DNA of 64,000 nt, taken from contig JBHGNT010000002.1 in NCBI GenBank assembly GCA_043228905.1, forward strand, positions 26,350,001 to 26,414,000, written 5' to 3'. The stretch's first letter is position 1. Every line of letters starts with the position of its first letter. The notes beneath the pieces were generated by a model. It saw nothing but the letters and a program-made list of their open reading frames with translations, did not search any database and was not told where the DNA came from. Below, one piece after another: positions 13,101-24,590 of the stretch. This DNA is from Azolla caroliniana. Its lineage: Eukaryota; Plantae; Polypodiophyta. Both the position numbers and the translations under genes were made by a program.

Positions 13101-13819
13101 TTCGATCGTCAACCACAATCCATCATAAAAGAACATTCACCCATGGTAATCAACATGAAAGCACCACACATTGAACAACTTATTTAATAAGGAGTACATT
13201 ATGGTGTAAAATCAACACAATTCCCATATGTGTAGAAGTGAACAATGTGCGTGAGAGCTCCCATAATAATAATTCATAGAGGCAAAAACATCAACAAAAA
13301 TGCTGTGCAAATTTCCATCATATTGGAAAAGACAACTAGGTGTTTACAAATTTTGCCTCAAAAACGAGTATGTGTAAAAAAGGATTCTCTCTCTTGAATC
13401 TTGAGCTAGCTACTATATATAAGACATTGATTTGTCTATAAGAGACTGACTACATATATGAAGAAATTCACTTGGACCTAAAATGAAAGGAGATGAGGAG
13501 AGGGGAAAATGTATGAGTATATCCTTTATGATTCTAAGGTGTGTGTCAAAGAGTTATATTCTAAGGTGTAAATGTATGAATATATCTTTTACGATTCTAC
13601 GGTGTGGCAAAGAGTTATATGTCCTTCTTTCAAAGGATGTGTGTGTGAAGTTTTCTTTTTATGTCTCTAATGTTGCAAAAAGAGGTGAATCCTTCGTGGG
13701 GGATGATTGAATGTACAATGGACGCAAAATGAAATGGGCTCCCAAGACCCACCAGCCGGACAAAATTTTTAGAAAAAAAAGGACTGAAAACAAACTACAC
13801 CTTGTTAGTAGAACTGAAT

Positions 13820-15151
13820 TCAGGTGGGGATGAGGTAACGGCGCGAGTAAGGCGAGGTGACAGTGACGGACGATGTAGGGCGGACATCGCCATTGCCATT
13901 GGGATTGAAGCGCGAGAATCGGCAGTCGGAGTGCAAGAGGCCAGAGGCCAGATAGTCGGGGGTGCTCCCATCGAGGTACCCTTCCCCGTTAGGCCCGTCT
14001 ACCTGCGCTTGTACCAGCAAAGGGTTCCATGACATGGTGTACGAAGATCCCGAGCCGCGCACGACCCGACCCCTCGCGTTCAACAACGTTTGCCCCAAGA
14101 CCCCGTGGACACCGCCCGTGAGCCACTGGGACCCGCCTACGACCTCCACCGATAGGTGTAGGAATGCATCTGTCCCTCCTCCGCGCCTCTCTTCGGGAAC
14201 CTCGGGCCCCGCCTTCACCCTCATCTCCATCAATCCCCCCAACCCTAACCCTAATTCTAGATTGTATTCCTCATAAGCCATATCTACTCCTTCCCCTCCC
14301 TTCCTTCCTTCATAGCTCAACTTCACCAATCCATCAGTGCTTTGGTACAGTTCTTGCATTGTCTTTTCGCCATCGATTTCGATCAAATCCATGTATTTCC
14401 CACCTGCCACACCACCTCCTCTGACCTTCATCACTATTCTGTGCCCTCTATGCATAATCCCTAATGATTTTATCCATGTCCTCTTATTGTAAACACCACT
14501 TCCTTCTTCTTTGCTGATGATGCTATCGTAAACCCTAATCCCTGCATTCTCTTTCTTCTTCATGTGCTTTTGAACTCTAAATCCTCCTTGCATCGCTTCT
14601 TTTTCCTCTTTCTTGATGTGCTTGTAAGCCCTAATTCCTCCCTTCATTGCTCTCCCGTCTTTCTTGATGTGGTCGTAAACCCCCACTTCTTTCATTGCTT
14701 CTTTTCCATCCTTCTTGATGTGTTCTTCTTTCTTCATCTGATTGTACATCCTGATTTTTCCGAATTCCATACCTTTCCCTTCTTCTTTCTTGATGTGATT
14801 GGGAAGCCTAATTTTTACTTCCTCTATGCCTTTCTCTCCTTCTCCTTCTCCTGCTTCTTCTTTCTCACCTCGAAGCTCCATATTGACATGAAGATCTGGA
14901 TCAGAGATGATGCAATAGATGCCTCCGGGCTCACCAGTGAAATCGAAGTTGACGCCATCCCATCCTGTGAAGTGAGGATCGCCATAAACACCAGGATACC
15001 TCTTAACCTCCGATAGACCTGCACGGCAAGGCAATGGAGATCTCAACAACAGGAAGGTAGTGATGAGGATAGTGGTAGTGATGGTGAAGAGGCCATGGAA
15101 ATTGCTGTCGTTGAGATTGGTTGTATTGTGTTTAGACATCAGGAAGGCCAT
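13820..15151 (-). CDS. Secreted Root-cap/LEA-related (VWD-like) protein with Lys/Glu-rich repeat insertion, 443 aa, intronless
   Basis: Likely start is MAFLMSK at 15151; the ORF track extension upstream is (TACA)n microsatellite. Hydrophobic signal-like segment. Motifs YGDPHFTGWDG..F.F.G....YCIISDPDLHVN, TWIKSLG, VHGVLGQT and DYLASGLLHSDCRFSRF match the Root_cap family architecture. Confidence 0.8.
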   Translation of the reverse strand: MAFLMSKHNTTNLNDSNFHGLFTITTTILITTFLLLRSPLPCRAGLSEVKRYPGVYGDPHFTGWDGVNFDFTGEPGGIYCIISDPDLHVNMELRGEKEEAGEGEGEKGIEEVKIRLPNHIKKEEGKGMEFGKIRMYNQMKKEEHIKKDGKEAMKEVGVYDHIKKDGRAMKGGIRAYKHIKKEEKEAMQGGFRVQKHMKKKENAGIRVYDSIISKEEGSGVYNKRTWIKSLGIMHRGHRIVMKVRGGGVAGGKYMDLIEIDGEKTMQELYQSTDGLVKLSYEGRKGGEGVDMAYEEYNLELGLGLGGLMEMRVKAGPEVPEERRGGGTDAFLHLSVEVVGGSQWLTGGVHGVLGQTLLNARGRVVRGSGSSYTMSWNPLLVQAQVDGPNGEGYLDGSTPDYLASGLLHSDCRFSRFNPNGNGDVRPTSSVTVTSPYSRRYLIPT

Positions 15152-15217
15152 AGAACAGAACAGAACAGACAGAGTTGATGATGACTGGGGTGTTTCTTCT
15201 ACTCGGGTTTTATATGG

Positions 15218-15286
15218 TATGTATGTATGTATGTATGTATGTATGTATGTATGTATGTATGTATGTATGTATGCATGCATGCATGC
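15218..15286. repeat. (TATG)n microsatellite
   Basis: Read directly; lies in the leader of the Root-cap-like gene. Confidence 0.95.
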
Positions 15287-17883
15287 AAGTATTGTATGTA
15301 GGATAGGATAGGCATGCATGTATGTATGATGATCATATGTGCGAGTGTATGTTATTGTGTGGTGATGTGAGAGTGTATGTATGTATGGTGATAAGTATGT
15401 GTACTTGGAGATGAGATGTGTATGATGGATGATGTGTTTAAATTTAGTATGTATTTAGATGAGGAGCAGGGGAAGGCGAGATTAGGGCAAGATTTGGAGG
15501 AGGCCAAAAGAATGGGAACAGACTTCACCTCCCTCCTTTTTTTTAAACTTCCTTCTTCTTCTCTTTTTTGTGTGTTTGTTTGTTTGTTTGTTACCTCTTT
15601 GCCTTCTTGGCATGTCTTTGATCTTCCACATCTGGTATATGTGATATATATCTAGAGATGGATCATATCCCATCTCCATGGGTCCAAAGATTATGGATGG
15701 TGCCGACAAATCTCCTTGCAACGTCCATGGCTTGGGTACTCTCGGGATTTGTAGAGATGCCATCCCACTGGAGTGGGGCCAAAGCAATATATATACTATT
15801 AATGCCGATTTTCTAATGATCCAATCTATTGGGCGGGTTGTATCCCATTGCAAGGATTAAACTTTTGTGCATGTAGAATCTATAAAGACATGATCGCAAT
15901 TGGATATTTTATTGTCCATTGGATATCAATGTGATCTATTGGCATGAGCCCTAGCCCACTTCAATGATCAAACTTGGGCTTCTTAAAATCTATAGAGGGA
16001 GTTAGAGATATTTCCCAAATTTTCTCTATTTTTCTTTTTTTCATCTCATCATGACCTCCTCTCTCCCCCCCCCCCAAAAAAAAAATCTTGGCAAACCTCT
16101 TTCACTGCCATCATATCCTTCCTTTGCATTCCTATAGGTCATAATGCTCTACTCTACAATTATGAGGACGGGAAAGTATGTACAAATGAGAGACGAGAAT
16201 TCTAGGTGTTTTACAGAAGGAAATTGTACCATAATAAAATCCATCTATATTTACAATGATGAGAATGGGAAACTAGGTACGAGTGAAAGAGGAGGATTCT
16301 AGGGGTTTAGAAAAGGAATGGGAGATAGAGAGTAAGTGAACACGTAAATACAAGAACAAATGAGAATCATGATGATATCTTCAGGTTCTCGAAGCCCGGG
16401 GAAATAGCATATTTGGTAGTTTCGGAACTCTATCAACATTATACAAGTGTTTATGGTTAAATTTTCATTTTATATTATTCTTTTCCAACATTTGATGGTG
16501 TTCACATTGCGAAAATAGTGAACAACTTCTAGGAATACGTACACCTCATAGGATTGAAGTTACACGTGCCCAACAAAAAACCATAATTTTATTTTTACCA
16601 AGGAAGTGAACATTTGCAATTTGAGCAAAGCAATTGTATTGTCTTGAATCCTAGACTTGTGAAGTTTTAATTTTTAAAGTCATATATGCTAAGAAGACAT
16701 TGAGATATATTTGCCATGTGAACTACTAAGGAAAAGTGTGACGGCACAATAGCCATTGTCAACTCACCAAGTTGAAAATGTTGGTTGAATATATTAAGCT
16801 ATACTTAACAATTTTCCATCTCAATTTGTAGGACCTCATTGACCTAAAAACGTATGTACGCAATGAAGTACTTGATGTATAAGAATAACTTTTAAGTATA
16901 GGTTACAAACACTCCATCACGTATACACTGTAAATTTGATATAAGACAATAGAAATGGCATAGACAACATGATGATCATTGAGGGGCCTCTCATCTATTA
17001 TTCAAAAACCTCAACATCTCAATTTGTAACATGCCCCAAAGCCATGTTTCACGTCGAACAGAATGAGAAGGAAATTAGCTAAAACGGAAGTTGCAATTTG
17101 CGAATGGGTGATTTTCACATAGTTTGGTAATATGAATGGAAGTTTTTTTATGCAAATGGTGATTTTAAGCAAGTGTTGCTATGTATGAAGCATGATTTAT
17201 GGCAAGCCCTGATACATTGGCATTGTGTAGAGCGTATCGAGGCATCATATGACCATTGACTAGTATCCCACATCCTCATCTTCCAATTAGAGAGTTCCAC
17301 TCCTACGAATTGGATTTGTCATATTGATTGATAAAGCATTTTGTAATTTGTAATACTACACACCCTCAAGGATAGTGCAATCTCCGGAATCTTCTTTATG
17401 CATTGGTAAGTGCATGATGAGCATATTCACTTCCATCTTCATTGCATAACAGATACTGAAGCAAAGCAAAACATGTTATCCTCCCCCAGTTTTTTGTAGT
17501 CCACCCGAAAACACCCTCAATAATTTTTGCATCCTTAGCATATTGCTTCGTCCCCTATATATCAATAATCAGCATCCACATAAGGGATGCAACTATTGAG
17601 CATGAAACCATACGTTTATATGCCTTCATCTATGCTTGAACGAATGATTTGTCACATTTTCTTTCGTATTTGAGGATTATTTGGAGATAGACCTGAAATT
17701 ACTGCCACCTTCGACCAATGATAAAACATGAAAGATTCAAATTGCTTCCCAATCGATCATAGAAGCATAGCATACATCCAAAAGGCCATGGAATCAATCA
17801 ATCATAAAGGTCAATATGATAGCATTTTTTGAAACCAACACTATCCGATTGCTTTGACTGTGTCAATAAAGATCGATACTTTC

Positions 17884-20769
17884 TCACTCACTGTCTTCTC
17901 GAAATTCTGAGTTTGCAAAAATGTTTGACATGATAATATAAGCACCTGCCTGAGTTGGTTTCAAATCGATGGCATTAGCAAAGGCATGTTTCCCTAAATC
18001 CTTATTACCATGCATACGACACGCACCAAGCAAAGGCAACCATATGCTAAGATCTGCCTCTAAAGGTATCCTCCCCAGCATACCCTCTAACATCTTTAAG
18101 TCACCCGCCCTCCCAAGGAGGTCTATAATAGTACTGTAATGCTTTAAATCTGGTATAATATTGAATCTCTTACATAATTCTTCAAAATGCTTTACACCCC
18201 TCGCTACTAAACCACCATGACTACATGCTGAAAGCACCGACGCTAATGTGACCCCGTCAGGTTCAATTCCTTCCCTATCCATTTCATCAAGCAATCTCAT
18301 ACTTTCCTCATAGTTCCCATCTCCTGCATACCCTGCAATGCATGCATTCCACGATACAATGTCTGGGTGTGAAACACCCTGAAACACCGATCGTGCATCT
18401 TCCATGCTCGAACAGCTCCCGTATGCATGGATTAACGTGGACAATAACGGTGGATTTAGATCATACCCTGCTGAGACGATGCTAAAATGAATTTCTTGGC
18501 AAATTTCTAAGCTCCCAGTTGCACCACATGCTTGAAGAAGGCACAGATGTGTGACATCGTTCATGATAGCATTCTCATTCTTCATCCAAGTATAAAGCTC
18601 TAGCACTTCCTCTCCTTCATTGTGTTGAATACATGCGGAGAACATTGCATTCCATGATGTCGTCTCATGCTGTGACATTCCTATAAATACATCCTTTGCT
18701 TCCTTTAGCTTTCCAAGCTTTCCATAAATCGCTACAAGCGTATTACCAATAAAGACATTGGTTCTGAAACCCCATTTCCAAAGATCGGCATGTAGTGCTA
18801 AGGTAAGATCAAACAGAGTGGTTTTCTCATTCGGTAAAACCACATCTGCCTCTTTCTCTACTAGTATGCTACAAGCATTAAGGATAATCACAAAAGTTTT
18901 CTGATTTGGGTTCATACTTCCCTCGAGCATCTTTCTATAAAGCTGCAATGCCTTGTGACCATAACCTTGATTAACATAGGCAGTAAGCATGGCATTCCAT
19001 GCCACGACATCACGCTGGGGCAATGCATCAAAAATACTCTCGGCTTCGGTAATAGTTCCACAAATAGCATACATACCCAAAAGGGAAGTGGCAACAAAAA
19101 CATTTGAATCAAATCCCTTCTTTTTAGCATCGGCATGAAGAGCCATCCCTATTTCTATTGCTGAAATGGCATAATGATTCTCTTCAGCAAGAACCCCACA
19201 CGCTTGAATCGCTACTACATATGTTTGTTCATTTCCATCTACACCTTCATGTTGCATTTGCCTGTAGAGAAGAATTGCATCCACCCCTTGCCCTTGCTCT
19301 AAATATGCTGTAAGCATCGCTGTCCAGGAAACTACATCTCGTTTTGACAAGTCAAAGAATACATTCTCAGCTTCTGATATCATGCCACTTTTCGCATACA
19401 TTCCGAGAAGAGTAGTTCCGAAAAAGGAGTTTGATGCAAATCCCTTCTGCTTTGCATCACTATGTATGGCTCGGAAACATTCCATAGACATTATTTTCAT
19501 CGATTTCCCCTCTATTAAGAGTTCTTCTTCCTCTTTGGCTAACAGAACACAAGCTTGAAGAGCCATGACAAAGGTCTTTTGGTCAGGGGGAACCCCTTGC
19601 TCTTGCATGTATTTATACAATCTTAATGCCATTCCTCCTTGGCCCTCTTCGATATATGCACAAAACATAGCATTCCATGCCACAATATCACATTGGGGTA
19701 ATCCAGTGAAGACATTCTCGGCCTCGTTGATTCTACCACATCGTCCATAGATATTCATTAGAGCAGTAGCGACAAATACATTAGATCCTAAACCAATCCT
19801 CTGAATTGCAGTGTGCAATGCATGAACAATATCGAGACATATTAGCTTTGATGCCATATGTTTGGATAAACCATAGCATGCTTGTAAGGCAACACCAAAG
19901 GTATGTTGATTTTGATGAATATTCTCTTCTAACATTTGTCTATACAGCAAAAGGGTCTTTTTAAACTGACCAAGCTGAACATAAGCCGACATCATCGATG
20001 TCCATGATGCTAAATTCCTGTCCAACGTCCCAGCAAATACTTTCTCAGCTTCTCTGATGCTTCTACATTTCCCATACATACTCACAAGACTATTGGCCAC
20101 TAACACATCCAAACCACAACCTCTTCGATCAGCCTCATCATGGAATTCCCTTCCTTTCTGGAGATCTCTAGTATTTCCACAAATCCTAATAAGGCTGACA
20201 AACATATAGCGATCGGGTTCAATTCCGTGCTTTTGTATCATTTCATACATACTAAATGCCTCTTGATTTAAGCCACGTTCATGATAACAAGAAATCATGG
20301 CGGTGTAAGAGAAGACGGTACCTGTGCGCAATCGCTTCAATGCTTGGAAAGCTTCTTCCAACGCACCACATTTAGCCAAAGTAACAACCAAATAGTCTTC
20401 AAGAAAGGGTGAGATTTCCATGGTCTGTTTCTCCATGTGAGCGAAGATGAGCTTTGCGTGAACCGTGTCTTTCTTTCTGCCACAGGTTTTAAGGAGAAGA
20501 TGGTATAGTTCTTCTGAAGGCTTTGTTTGGGATTGGAATAGAGTTTCCATGGCCATGGCAAGGCGGCCTTCAGAACAGAGGTCTTCGATTCTGCCATACT
20601 GCTGGTCAGGAAGGCGATGATGAAGAGGTGGATTGAGGGGGGGTGAGGTGTTTAGAGTTAATTTCTGTGCTCTGTGGCGAGAAGAAATGGAGATGGAGGT
20701 GGAGGTGGAGGTGGGGGTGGGCTGAAGGTCGAATTGGAAGGGTGGGGAGGGGTTCAGAGCTACCACCAT
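17884..20769 (-). CDS. PLS-class pentatricopeptide repeat protein with E domain, no DYW (organellar RNA-editing specificity factor-like), 961 aa
   Basis: Intronless ORF with repeated P-L-S motifs (xxSWTAMLTAYxxQG, TFVMALQAC, VFVATALMNIYGRCG). E motif HYSTIIDLLGRAG...IWLPLLGACRMHG...YIIMSNIFA. Ser/Thr/Pro-rich N-terminus resembles a transit peptide. Confidence 0.95.
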   Translation of the reverse strand: MVVALNPSPPFQFDLQPTPTSTSTSISISSRHRAQKLTLNTSPPLNPPLHHRLPDQQYGRIEDLCSEGRLAMAMETLFQSQTKPSEELYHLLLKTCGRKKDTVHAKLIFAHMEKQTMEISPFLEDYLVVTLAKCGALEEAFQALKRLRTGTVFSYTAMISCYHERGLNQEAFSMYEMIQKHGIEPDRYMFVSLIRICGNTRDLQKGREFHDEADRRGCGLDVLVANSLVSMYGKCRSIREAEKVFAGTLDRNLASWTSMMSAYVQLGQFKKTLLLYRQMLEENIHQNQHTFGVALQACYGLSKHMASKLICLDIVHALHTAIQRIGLGSNVFVATALMNIYGRCGRINEAENVFTGLPQCDIVAWNAMFCAYIEEGQGGMALRLYKYMQEQGVPPDQKTFVMALQACVLLAKEEEELLIEGKSMKIMSMECFRAIHSDAKQKGFASNSFFGTTLLGMYAKSGMISEAENVFFDLSKRDVVSWTAMLTAYLEQGQGVDAILLYRQMQHEGVDGNEQTYVVAIQACGVLAEENHYAISAIEIGMALHADAKKKGFDSNVFVATSLLGMYAICGTITEAESIFDALPQRDVVAWNAMLTAYVNQGYGHKALQLYRKMLEGSMNPNQKTFVIILNACSILVEKEADVVLPNEKTTLFDLTLALHADLWKWGFRTNVFIGNTLVAIYGKLGKLKEAKDVFIGMSQHETTSWNAMFSACIQHNEGEEVLELYTWMKNENAIMNDVTHLCLLQACGATGSLEICQEIHFSIVSAGYDLNPPLLSTLIHAYGSCSSMEDARSVFQGVSHPDIVSWNACIAGYAGDGNYEESMRLLDEMDREGIEPDGVTLASVLSACSHGGLVARGVKHFEELCKRFNIIPDLKHYSTIIDLLGRAGDLKMLEGMLGRIPLEADLSIWLPLLGACRMHGNKDLGKHAFANAIDLKPTQAGAYIIMSNIFANSEFREDSE

Positions 20770-20837
20770 ATTCGTCGTCTTCCTTCATTTCTTATTTCTT
20801 ACTGGTTGGTGTAAAGACATTATTGTTAGCCTGACGA

Positions 20838-20838
<1 letters not shown>

Positions 20839-20879
<41 letters not shown>
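20839..20879. repeat. (GA)n microsatellite upstream of the PPR gene
   Basis: Read directly. Confidence 0.95.
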
Positions 20880-20883
<4 letters not shown>

Positions 20884-21348
20884 CCATCCATCCATCCACC
20901 ACTCTGTCTCTCACTCTTCTTGTCTTCACTCTTCACGACTTCTTTATTGCCTAGGCTCGTGTTCGAACTCTGGATCTCTTCCCCTTTGGCCTTTTAAGCC
21001 ATATAATATCATATACTATGAACCATACGTGCATTCGCGTTCGAGAATGTTTCAATCATTCTAGTATGGTAAACACCCTCGACGTATGGTAAATACCATA
21101 CTTTTGTATTCATTATTTATTATAAGGTAAATTTTTTTTTTTTAAGGTAAGAAAGTTCAGGTAAAAAGTGTAAAAAAAATAACATAAGAATGTTTCGATA
21201 ACATACGCATTCGAGTATGAAATAAGAATGCTGTCCAATGCATTCGAGTATATTACGTACTATGGCCATATATATGACACTATAAATATATCTACGCCTT
21301 TACTCGTTCTTTAAGCCGTATATGTACACATGTGTATACATACATACA

Positions 21349-21407
<59 letters not shown>

Positions 21408-21879
21408 ATATATATGTGTGTGTGTATAGGTATATCTGCATGCATGCATGCATACATGTATAGATATATCTACTAACTCCTAAATACATACCTCTTTTTC
21501 GTTTTGTCCTTACACCCCTCGGATCTCTTAATGTTCCGTAAATACATACCCACGAGTCCACCCTCTCTTTCTCGATCATATATCCTGAGCTAATCGTTGT
21601 ATGACCAATTCATTCCTCTTCTCTTATCGAGGGCATTCGTGGGAGAGAAACCAAAACTTGGAGGAATTTCAAGGGATATATTATTTATATAGCCCCCCCC
21701 CCCAAAAAAAAAGGAACCTCATAATGAGGTTATATGCTTCGCCAATCATAATTGTACTTCGTGTATACATGTAGTTAGTGTACACATACGATCGACCTCT
21801 CAAATGAGACTATATACCTCATTGAGCGAGTTGAGGGCAATTTCACATGTCTCATAAACCTAGACTTCTTCCTAACACT

Positions 21880-22245
21880 CTCAAAATGTTTTGTATTTCT
21901 CCACCCTACCCCCTTCAGTTCACACTTGGCTTCTTAGCCCTCTTACTTTAAAATAATTAACTTCTTTGGCATTGTCAAATGAAACGTTTAGTAGTTGTCC
22001 AGCCTAGGGTTCACTCTTGACTTCCCAATAAAAGTATAACTTGTTTAGCATGGTCAAACCAAATGTTTGGCAATTGTCCACCCTTGGGTTGACGATTGAC
22101 TAAAGTTAATTAACTGTTTTTAGACTTCATAATGGTCAATAGAAAAATAAACTTGTTTGGCCTCCTCAAACAAAATGTTTTGTAGTTCTCCACTCCCGGG
22201 CTCACACTTTGGCTTGCATTTTATTAAACAAAATGTTTGGAAACA
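21880..22245. repeat. Degenerate ~78-bp tandem array
   Basis: aacttgtttggc...caaa..aaatgttt.g.agttgtccac.c..gggtt.ac..ttg.ctt recurs about 4 times. Confidence 0.6.
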
Positions 22246-22571
22246 AATGATAGGAAAAAGACAAATTAGGTTGATTGTTCCTCCTCCAATCTAAGCTCGC
22301 TATGACTATTCCTTGTGGGAAAACTACTAAGAATATGCCGCCTATCAAATATTGTTGCAATTCAAATGTAGCGGTCACCCACCGTGTGACTTCATAGATG
22401 CAAGCCATACTAGATCCAAGCTTTTGACACTTTTCCTCTCTCTCTTTCTCTCTCTCTGAAAATGTCAACCCTGAATGTTGGTCTCAATATAAAGCAAGAA
22501 TGTCTATTGATCGTATCCAACCTTATCGCATTACCAATATGAGTACCAATATGGACAATAAAAATTCTAAT

Positions 22572-22603
<32 letters not shown>

Positions 22604-23015
22604 CCACTAAGAGAACCCAAGTTTGATCCTCGGCATGGCCCATGGGTTAGGCCCCGTCTCATTAGATTGTAATGAGTCTCTCATGGGTGTGTTATATATA
22701 TATATATATGTATATATATCAATTCAACTCCACCTCTTAACACATGCACATACATAGAGTTCCCTTTGAGGATGCCTCCTATGTTATACACATTCCCTCT
22801 TTGCATAAGAAACACATACAGAATAGCCATCACACGAACAATTCGATCCTTGTGTTTCTTACACAAGATCACAAAGAGCTCATTCGTTCATTCTTCTTCC
22901 CTATTGAAGTTTGCGTTTCTCGTTTTGAAGTAAAATTATAATAAAAAATAAAAAAACAGCACCACCTGGAAAACGAGCGAGAAGGCTTAGGGATTCCCTA
23001 CGTCCACGGCCCAAT

Positions 23016-23157
23016 AAAAATATCCAAATTCTCCATGTTTTAATTATTATTATTATTGGCTAAATAAAAACCGCACTTAAATATGTAAAAATATCCAAAT
23101 TCTCCATGTTTTAATTATTATTATTATTGGCTAAATAAAAACCGCACTTAAATATGT
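23016..23157. repeat. Perfect 71-bp tandem duplication
   Basis: 23016-23086 equals 23087-23157. Confidence 0.95.
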
Positions 23158-23688
23158 AAGGAAGCTCTCTCTATTATGTACTGTATGTACAACTAGAATA
23201 ATATTATGGGATATTGTGGTTATTATTATTATTATTTTGCTTCCTATATGTACATAATAAATAAGTCCTTCTCCTCTTATCATTATCATTATTATTATTA
23301 TTATTAATGTCCATGTTTTATTTTTTTTAACAGTTAAAGAACAAACTCAGAAGAAAAAGAAAAAAGAACAAAACACATACAAAAGAAAGAAAGAATGAGA
23401 GAATAAAGAAAAGGCTAGAATAGTAGTAGTAGTAGCAGCAGGCCTCTAAAGAAAGAGAAAGCTCTGCCATGGAAGCTTAGCCAAAAATTCATCCTCTCTC
23501 CACCTCCACCTCCCACCATTTCTTCTTCTTCTTCTTCTTCTTCTTCTTCGATTTCTGCCTCATCCCTGTGTAGTAGGCTTTCCTTCCTTTCTCTCAATCC
23601 TTTCGGAGCTCCCACCTCCCTGTGTATGTACAGTACACTTCTTTTGATCTGCACCTTGTATTATAAATTTTTATATATATATATATCC

Positions 23689-24046
23689 ATCAGCCCTAGT
23701 ATGTAAATTACTTACTAAACAATTCAGTGTGCGGAAGTTGTTCCCTTCCATCCTTCAACAGATTCTCTCTGCGGTCTGTGTAATCTTGGTCTTCATCTCA
23801 ATCCTTTTTGTGGATTTGGCTTGGTTTAGATCCGTTAACCCGGTGGTTACTCATAGTGCAGCATAATCAGCCCTAGTCTGTAAATTACTTACTAAACAAT
23901 TCAGTGTGCGGAAGTTGTTCCCTTCCATCCTTCAACAGATTCTCTCTGTGGTCTGTGTAATCTTGGTCTTCATCTCAATCCTTTTTGTGGATTTGGCTTG
24001 GTATTGATCCGTTAACCCGGTGGTTACTCATAGTGCAGCATAATCA
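23689..24046. repeat. Near-perfect 177-bp tandem duplication upstream of the O-fucosyltransferase ORF
   Basis: atcagccctagt...catagtgcagcata at 23689-23865 and 23866-24042, with few substitutions. Confidence 0.95.
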
Positions 24047-24590
24047 ACTGTGTGTGTGCGCGCGAAGGAGATTTCGAATGTAAAGAACCAACCACACGAC
24101 AGGGAATGCCTGCAGATTTTGGTCGATTAATTTTAATTATGTTGAAGAATTTAAGCAGATAGATAGAGACGACAGAGATTCTTCTTTCATTATCAGCCAT
24201 CGCCATCGGCAGAAAAAAAGAAGGCTTCACGAGCAGACGTCCTACTTTCAAATGATCAAATTAAAGGGGCCATCGCCATCGTGTTCTCATTTCTTTTGAT
24301 TCTTTTGTTTGTGGATACGCAGCGACACTACTCCTACTAAGATGGAATCCGCCATCGCTGCAAGACCGTTATAACACAAGGAGGGGAAGGAGAAACAGGA
24401 AGAATTTACGACTGCAAATTATGGACGAGATCCTGCATTTTCTACCTTAATTTCTGCAGAAGCTTCTTCTCCTTCTCCTTCATTATCATTGTCTTCTTCT
24501 TTTACTTCTGATCACCGTCACTATCATCCCCATCCCCATCAACAACTGTCGTAGGATCGCGATCTTTCCAGTCCTCACATCTCCACACTC

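Noticed and set aside
10200-13200. Degraded DNA-transposon coding remnants (VHVRC..HVLD, hAT-like, near 11620-11665) and short repeats at 12360-12560
   Set aside because: Only one weak motif across a stop and frameshift. It cannot be classified without tBLASTn.
15152-15319. N-terminal 56 aa of the 499-aa ORF (YIHT repeats)
   Set aside because: It is a translation of the (TACA)n microsatellite. The ATG at 15151, before the signal-like segment, is the plausible start.
16600-17700. Possible transposase pseudogene
   Set aside because: No ORF and no convincing motif could be read.
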